Below are positions 57,342-64,000 of a stretch of 64,000 bases of DNA, in pieces; within the stretch, counting starts at the first letter, position 1; each line of letters starts with the position of its first letter. The notes beneath the pieces were generated by a model, which saw nothing but the letters and a program-made list of their open reading frames with translations, searched no databases and had not been told where the DNA came from. Location of the stretch: positions 186,001-250,000 of the forward strand of contig JAQGDQ010000077.1 in assembly GCA_030141605.1 (NCBI GenBank), given 5' to 3'. This DNA is from Tubiluchus corallicola. Taxonomy: Eukaryota; Animalia; Priapulida. The position numbers were made by a program, and so were the translations under genes.

Positions 57342-60300
57342 GTAAGTTTTGAAAATAAGAATTAACATTGAAAATAAAGTAAGTCTGTTTTGACAAACCA
57401 CCAAACTGATTTCATAGAAATTAGAAATTACATTTCATAAGATTATCATTTGAATTTACTAGACTGCTATTGATGACTTAAGTGGCATTTATGTAGTATC
57501 CGGATACGTATGCAGGAAAACATCAATAGGAATAGTTGCAGAAAAAGAATAACGCGTGGTAGGCTGCATAAACGGGTGCATTGAAAACAATATAAATTTA
57601 TTTTATTTATTCTGCACCCCCCCCCCAAACGCATCCGCATCTGAATGCTACGTAAACGCCACTCAAATCGTAAACTGCAATACAGTGTATTTCTGGTAAA
57701 GCGACTGGAATGGGGTGCACAATTACTTTAATCTATACCGTCTCTTTACAAGAAACTGAAATTTCAGCTTAGGCCTGTTATTCCATTAGCTGACTTTGTA
57801 ATAACCTTAATTATCGGAACTGGTCACTTCTAGACCCGTTACTCATAGATCAGGTGTAAACTAATTTCTGATCAACCTATATTCAAAGGTCATCAACTCC
57901 TTTTTTGACGCACTACAAGTTAATGTTGCTCAACAATGGAAAATGTCTGCGCCGATCAACCCAGCCGATTTTCGGCTTTCTGTAAGCAAAATACTAGAAA
58001 ATTTTATTTGTCTATCTACAAGGACTTGCCACCCCCTCGCATACCAAAAACTGTGGCCCTGGTTTAAAAACTGATAGATGCCACAATCCTCGGACTTTGA
58101 CTCAATGTCCTGCTAACAGCGATCATGGCAAAGCCACTTCAGAACAGGGCTTGGCCTATTGTGGGCAGGTGTTAACGGTGTTCACTCTGCGTTAGGCAAC
58201 CGAAATATTGGGTAGTTTGGTGCTATTAATTTTGTTCAAATGTGATTTTACTTTAATTCAATTTAATACTGTTCTAATTCTACTTCAGTGTCATTTTAAT
58301 TACCATGGTTTTAACTTAATTCTATTTTGAGTTGATTTTAACTCATTTTTAATTGCATTTTATCTTTTAACTAGATTGTTTTTAAGTAATGTGGTTTTAA
58401 TGTGACCTTATTAATCATGCTACTCATGCCGGGATTAATAGCTGACGAATGTTTCTGATGTGACGGGGATCGTGGTTAATTTAATTTAATTTAGTTAGTA
58501 ACGCGGAAATATTCTGATGGTGATCTCCGGTCCATAATGTAACAGCTCAGCAGTGTTCTCAGCCGCCGCAAGCGCTTCCTCGTTTAGTGGCCGGTTTCAC
58601 CTTGCACGGTTTTCATATAAAATATGTTACGCGCCTGGCCATGTCAACTTTTTGAAAACCACTTAACGGACAATTACCCGATTACTCATACATGCAGAAA
58701 CATAGACTTTAGTCCAATAGTTAAAGAGGAGTTAATTGACCAAGCCTTTAAATAATCCCAGCTTTTTAAGATGTCGCGTGTACATCATTTCATATTACCT
58801 AAATATCTGTGAAAAAATTATCACTGCTAACAAGCTACAAACACTGAGCACGTGCGTCGGTAATAAAGTTCAAAATGCGTGGCATTTAGCTGGCTTGGAT
58901 CAAGGCCTATTAAGTATACACCCTGTGCATAAAAAGTTGTATGTAACTTTTCGGTTACTTTTTTACGGATTACTGATTCAGCCGAACCTTTTTTGTTTCA
59001 CTGCTGATCTCGTACAATTTTAAGTCACGAAAAGCTTTGCCGCTTGAAGCCAATGTCACCGTTATGTGAGAAATGTTCACAGTGGAACAAAAAGTTTGGA
59101 AAAACTTTAAAATTTATACTACCAAGCTGCCCTGACGCGGGGCCCTTCGGAGACTTAAATTGCGAACCTTGAACCTTTAGCGAGTTCTAGCAACGTGGCG
59201 TAAGCTGTTTTGGGCTCGACCCAAATTGCTACTCGTCTGGACGTTGTTGGACTCCTCGATATTGTTGTTGGGGGATAACTTTTTAAAAAAAGCCCAAGGC
59301 GCCATGAATTTGCCATAGAGCGCCAGCAAGCTTTATACGAATGTACTAGAATGAATTCTACGTTGACTTACGGAGTCGGATTTTCGATTCGCCGTTTTGA
59401 ATTGAAGATGGTAATGATAACATTATTTAAAAATATTAAGACTCCGCCAATTCGCCACGGATGGTAATGAAACCTTACGGGAACTAATTCCGCATAGGCT
59501 GGCAGGGTCGGATTTTCGACTTGCCATCTTAAATTTAAGATGGCAGTATTTTATCCTATTTCTAATCCAGGATATTGAGTTCAGTGAGTCCCTTGACCGG
59601 TTTTTTTTGCTTCACAGCGTCGTCTGTAGCTGTGTGAGCTATTAGCCCCATAAAATGAATTTGTTTATGTAAATTGGATCAGCTGAAATTAAATTATTTT
59701 ACAACTCAAAATAAAGGTAACTTTAATTTGACTAATATCGTTCGTTCACATAGTTATCTGTAGATGGAGCTAAAAACAGAGATTTGCACCGAACATTAGG
59801 CATTGAACAAGCCGGATATAAATCATACGGTGACAACCAGGGATATGGCAGCAGCCGTCAAGGTTCACAATACTACTATCCCCACTTGAAACTTGTGAGA
59901 GGAGAGAAGACAACAAAGTCTAGCAAAATTTTCAGAGGTTTGCATGAATTGCTTTCTTACAGTCGGCTTTTTTCCGAGGTTGACCAGTTGTCCGCCGTTC
60001 ACCGGGGGGAGTTGAACTATTTAACCAAAAGGAATTTTTTGCCCTGAATGTTAAAATTTCCTACCGCTAAACTTCCTCAGTCACTAGCCATTCTGAACCT
60101 GAAATGACTTCTGCTAACTTCTTTATCTCTACGGCTCCATCAGACTTTGGGCGCCGATTTTTTGACTTAAAAATTTGTAATCCACAGTTATTCTACTTTT
60201 TAAACTCGGTCCCTTGGATATTTTTCAGGTTATTTCAGCTTAACTTAATTTTCGCCATTTCAGTTTAACTTAATTTTTTCGACTTGACATATTTGTTTTT

Positions 60301-63300
60301 CGTTTTTAGTGGTAGACACCCTTAATAATTGTCTTGTTTCAGATGATGTACCTTGCAGTTGGCTTGATCCTGATGTTTACGACGTATATTTTCCGACGCG
60401 AATACTTGAAGACCATTTACAAATCTTCGCTGCAGACATTAGGAAACAGCAGATTCTGGAAGAGTATTGTATTTGCTGGTAAGTTGATCAATATGTACTC
60501 TTGGTAAATTAAACTTGTTTTCGTTACATACGAGCGTATTGCTTGTGTGAAACGTATTACGTCTGTATTCTTATATTGATGGATTGATGAATTAAGGATA
60601 CAAAGCATATCCAGTTACTTTAATACAAACACTACACTAACTTATTTGGCATTAGATTTAGACCATAAATAAAAAAAATCCTTTTGAAATTATAATAAGC
60701 TACGACCCATGATGTCAGGCTTATAAAGTCAAAGTTTTTCGAAACTAAATAAAGTTATCCAAGCAGTGTGCTTGCATTTTCATAAATTATTTTGGTATTA
60801 TTTTGACCATACTTCACCTTTAGTGCTTCGACAGACCACATAATTTTACTTTTAAACAATAAACTTTTAAACAATAAAGTTAAACTATAAAATAAACAAT
60901 GTTACTTTTAAACAGGGGCGTGCTGAATTATTTTACATTGGCCCAAATAGCATATTTTCACCTTGATATTTGTAGTGTTTTTGCAGCCACTTTCCGGACG
61001 TCACACGTTGTTGTTTGGCAAATTACAATTACATTTATTTGTTTACTTTTATTCTTTATTTTAGCTCATGGACAAATACAATAATTACTAAAAAAGTAAT
61101 TATAAAAACATAAGCTTATAATTTACAGAAAAATAAGAAGAGAAAGTAGTTAATATATATATATATGTATATACACATACATGACATACATTAAAAGTAC
61201 ATTAAAATTACATTCCAATGGGCAAAAATTTTGGAGCATATAAAAACACTATTGTAAATTACGTAATACGTTGAACATTATAAAATTTTAATATTGACAT
61301 AACCCGGAATTTGTAGAGTTACCTTATTAATGATGATGATGATGATGGTGACGACGATATTGATGATAATGTCTGCTTACTGCAGTGATCTACAACTGCA
61401 GTGACCATTTTATCAATGACGTGATTTCCATTTAGGTGGGCAAAACCTTCAAATCTAGGTGGCGATATGATGTCAGTGTTTCACGTTGTCAGCAATGATA
61501 GTCCACAGGAGTTGCAGATTTTCTTCACCAGTTCAGGGGCCATCATTTTGGAGAGGAACGAAGGAGGTGCTTTTACCATGCTGTAAGTCCTTTAAAATGC
61601 CACTAAGATGCGTAATTTTGCATTACGGCATAACCGTTTCATGAAACCATTACAAATAAATAGCGCCATGCGTGCCCTCTGCTGTGACTGCTTTTAGATT
61701 TTCTGTTTTGGAAGTAACGGGCATTTTAACTGAATTTTTCGGGGATGGTTCGGATGCAAATACGTAAGAACAAGCCGGAATCTGCACTAATAGTATTAAA
61801 GCAAGTCTTTAACCACCATGTTTTCAAAATCAACGCTAAGTTTGGGGAAAATCATCCACGTAATTAAATTAAAAAAAGTAAATTGGAAACGTGTCTTTTA
61901 GCTAGTACGTTAGTACAAACTAAAAACTAACTTTGATTGCTAAAAATTATTTCTTATTTTTATTTTCTCCTTTTCTAACTTTTTTAATGATTTTTTTCAC
62001 TCCTTGCAGCATACCAAAGTTATCATCACTATCCAATTTTGCATGTTTTCCTCTATGGAAACTTGCAGCGATATATTTTTATTTCACTAGAATTCGTGGA
62101 AATCCTACGGTTTTCACGTAAATTATTTTTTAAGGATGCGGAGGTGAGATGGGACACAGAAATCTTTTCCAGGGCAGCCTTCATTGCAGTTAAGATCTTT
62201 CGCAATTGACAGTCTTTTTACATTAATTTAGATTAAATTTAAGATTAAAACTGTGTAACAATGTTTCTGACAGTAGGAGAATATTTCTAAAATCAATGCT
62301 AATTAATTCTATCGATATTAATTAATGATATCGTTAGTTGCCAGCTAATTTGGGAAAGCATTGATACGAATTTTTGAGACAGTTTATAAAGAAAAAGTTT
62401 CATTTCTTATTCAGGTCTCTCACCGTTGTGGATATCTACGACGGATTGTGGCATCATTTTTGTCTGGTTGTAGAAAGTGACCCAGATTTCGTACATCTCT
62501 ACGTAGATGGAGGACTTGAAGTAAACCAGTAGTTGTTTTGTAAACAATGTTGTATCAATTCTAAAAAATATGATAGCTAAGCTCTATAGCTCTGCGTCAA
62601 GCGTCGAAATCTGATTGATTTAAATTATCATTCCGATAATAATAAAAAGTACTTTTAGATTTCAGAGCTGTGCGTCGTAGGTGTAGCGAAAGTGACGTGT
62701 TTTTCTCACTGTTACAAAATTTATTGCCACTCTTTAAATAATTGTTAGCAGTCACACATAACCGTGGGAAGCCGTGAACTTTCTTGGGTAGACATTAAGA
62801 TTCGGAGGCGATTAGCTTCTTGACCTTTGTGTGTGCTTAGCAACCGAGTTTGACCAACATCGAATCTGGTCAGTAAATGAATAGGTGTCATCAGAAAAAT
62901 TATTACATAATGCCGTTCGGAATACCGACCTGAAATGCGAATAAATAATAATCAGTGCTACTTGTTATAATAATGGCTTTGTCTGTTTATTGTCACAGGA
63001 TAATGTCAAGTTATGCAAGTCCTACGTCCTACATACTGCACGGAAAAATCTTATTGTACTTTTTAGGCTTATAAATGCCTCGAATTACCAACTAAATCAT
63101 TTGTTTTACGGTATTAAAAAGACTACCTTGTGAACACGTATAAGACGATTATCCTGAAGTAGCCAGGATTTCGTATAGTGCAGCAGTGCTGCTATGCAAG
63201 AATGTCTCCACGTTTAAGCTAACAATCCACGACGAACTCCATTTAAAATGTTACTGTATAAATTTTGGTGATTTTCATCAGGGACAAAATTGGTCGTTCC

Positions 63301-63976
63301 AGAGCCAACAGGGGTGCTTTAAATTGCTTAATGTCAAATTACCATAACTATCTGGCGAACTTCTGCGCTTGCTTTATTATTACCAGTATTTAACCGAACT
63401 GTCTTGTTTCAAACACATTTAAGGTGTTACCAGAAAAAATTGTATCTCCAGCCTGTATCTCCATTTTTGTATGCTTACATTCGTATTTCGTTTTGCATTT
63501 TTCACTGTCAATAGGCCTAATTTCTTGCCTTCTTTTTATGCTTATTTTAGTAAAGAAAAGAAGTAGAATAAGACAAACAAAGCAAAACGAAACAAAAAAC
63601 AAGATTAATGGAAACAAAACGATTCTAAAATGAACAATTATTTTGAATAAAGCTAAGTTGTCATTTTTGTCATTTACAGGCTGGAGGTGAAACAATTTCA
63701 GTGGCAACAGATCAGTATAATAATTTGGATCTGGAAGATTTGGACGAATTCGATCCGGATCCCGTGGGTGCAATTGGTACAACAATATATAATAATGAAG
63801 CGGACGGAGAGGCTTTAGAGGAAGAAGATTATGGATATTTAGGTATGCTCTGTGATTTCAATGTCTACTCCAAAGCTAAGACACAGGGACAAGTTGCTGG
63901 CATTGCTTCGTCTGGAATGAACAACAATGGCGATGTTTTAAGATGGTCAGATATAAACGATATAGCTACATGCGAT
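57291..63976 (+). CDS. Signal-peptide plus pentraxin/LamG-fold domain protein, 3'-incomplete
   Basis: join(57291-57341,59754-(59829|59862),60343-60478,61436-61582,62415-62520,63680-63976,...). Signal MLIGALFCIFALGLQDLLSVDG; pentraxin-like landmarks FP...YCICWW, DGLWHHFCL, LYVDG, YLGMLCDFNVYS, GDVLRW. Ends in a GTAAGT donor, so the gene continues past the window. Confidence 0.82.
57501..57644. mobile_element. Small degenerate MITE
   Basis: Ends cggatacgtatgca / cgcatccgcatctg are loosely inverted; internal gggtgca/tgcacccccc. Confidence 0.35.
59754..59862 (+). CDS. pentraxin-like gene exon 2 (3' boundary uncertain: 59829, 59862 or 59894)
   Basis: catag acceptor in phase 0; LSVDGAKNRDLHRTLGIEQAGYKSYGDNQGYGSSRQ completes the signal peptide (VDG-A). 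Confidence 0.6.
60343..60478 (+). CDS. pentraxin-like gene exon 3
   Basis: DVPCSWLDPDVYDVYFPTRILEDHLQIFAADIRKQQILEEYCICW; ttcag/GTAAGT. Confidence 0.82.
61436..61582 (+). CDS. pentraxin-like gene exon 4
   Basis: WAKPSNLGGDMMSVFHVVSNDSPQELQIFFTSSGAIILERNEGGAFTML; tttag/GTAAGT. Confidence 0.85.
62415..62520 (+). CDS. pentraxin-like gene exon 5
   Basis: SLTVVDIYDGLWHHFCLVVESDPDFVHLYVDGGLE; ttcag/GTAAAC. Confidence 0.9.
63680..63976 (+). CDS. pentraxin-like gene exon 6
   Basis: AGGETISVATDQ...YGYLGMLCDFNVYSKAKT...NGDVLRWSDINDIATCD; tacag/GTAAGT. Confidence 0.88.
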
Positions 63977-64000
63977 GTAAGTTGACTGCTAAAATGTTCG

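Noticed and set aside
62415-62520. Pentraxin-like gene as a tandem calsyntenin paralogue (DGxWHH...LYxDG shared)
   Set aside because: The motif is common to the whole LamG/pentraxin fold; there are no calsyntenin-specific motifs and intron positions differ
12079-63976. The three co-oriented genes as one functional system
   Set aside because: Adjacency alone is not evidence in animals; it would need conserved microsynteny or co-expression, which I cannot see here

Overview
AT-rich, intron-rich animal (most likely invertebrate) genomic DNA, not prokaryotic. Most ORFs in the supplied track are microsatellite or chance artefacts. Three spliced + strand genes were assembled by hand from GT-AG sites. 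(1) Calsyntenin/alcadein: 17 phase-consistent coding exons, 12079-40714, ~890 aa, with two cadherin repeats, LamG, TM and an acidic tail; the signal-peptide exon was not located. (2) A complete 8-exon, 382-aa, ~8-TM membrane protein, 49004-52630, resembling the uncharacterised UPF0658 Golgi membrane family. (3) The 5' part of a signal-peptide plus pentraxin/LamG-fold gene (57291 to past the window end), with an unusually acidic loop, an ambiguous exon-2 donor and an exon open in two frames. Introns and intergenic DNA hold LINE remnants, a MetaSINE, a THAP-bearing ISL2EU-like DNA transposon, MITE/foldback palindromes, a 25-bp minisatellite and many microsatellites. I found no CRISPR array, rRNA or intact tRNA, and no demonstrable new multi-gene system. 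The best leads are the 8-TM gene and the dual-frame pentraxin exon.
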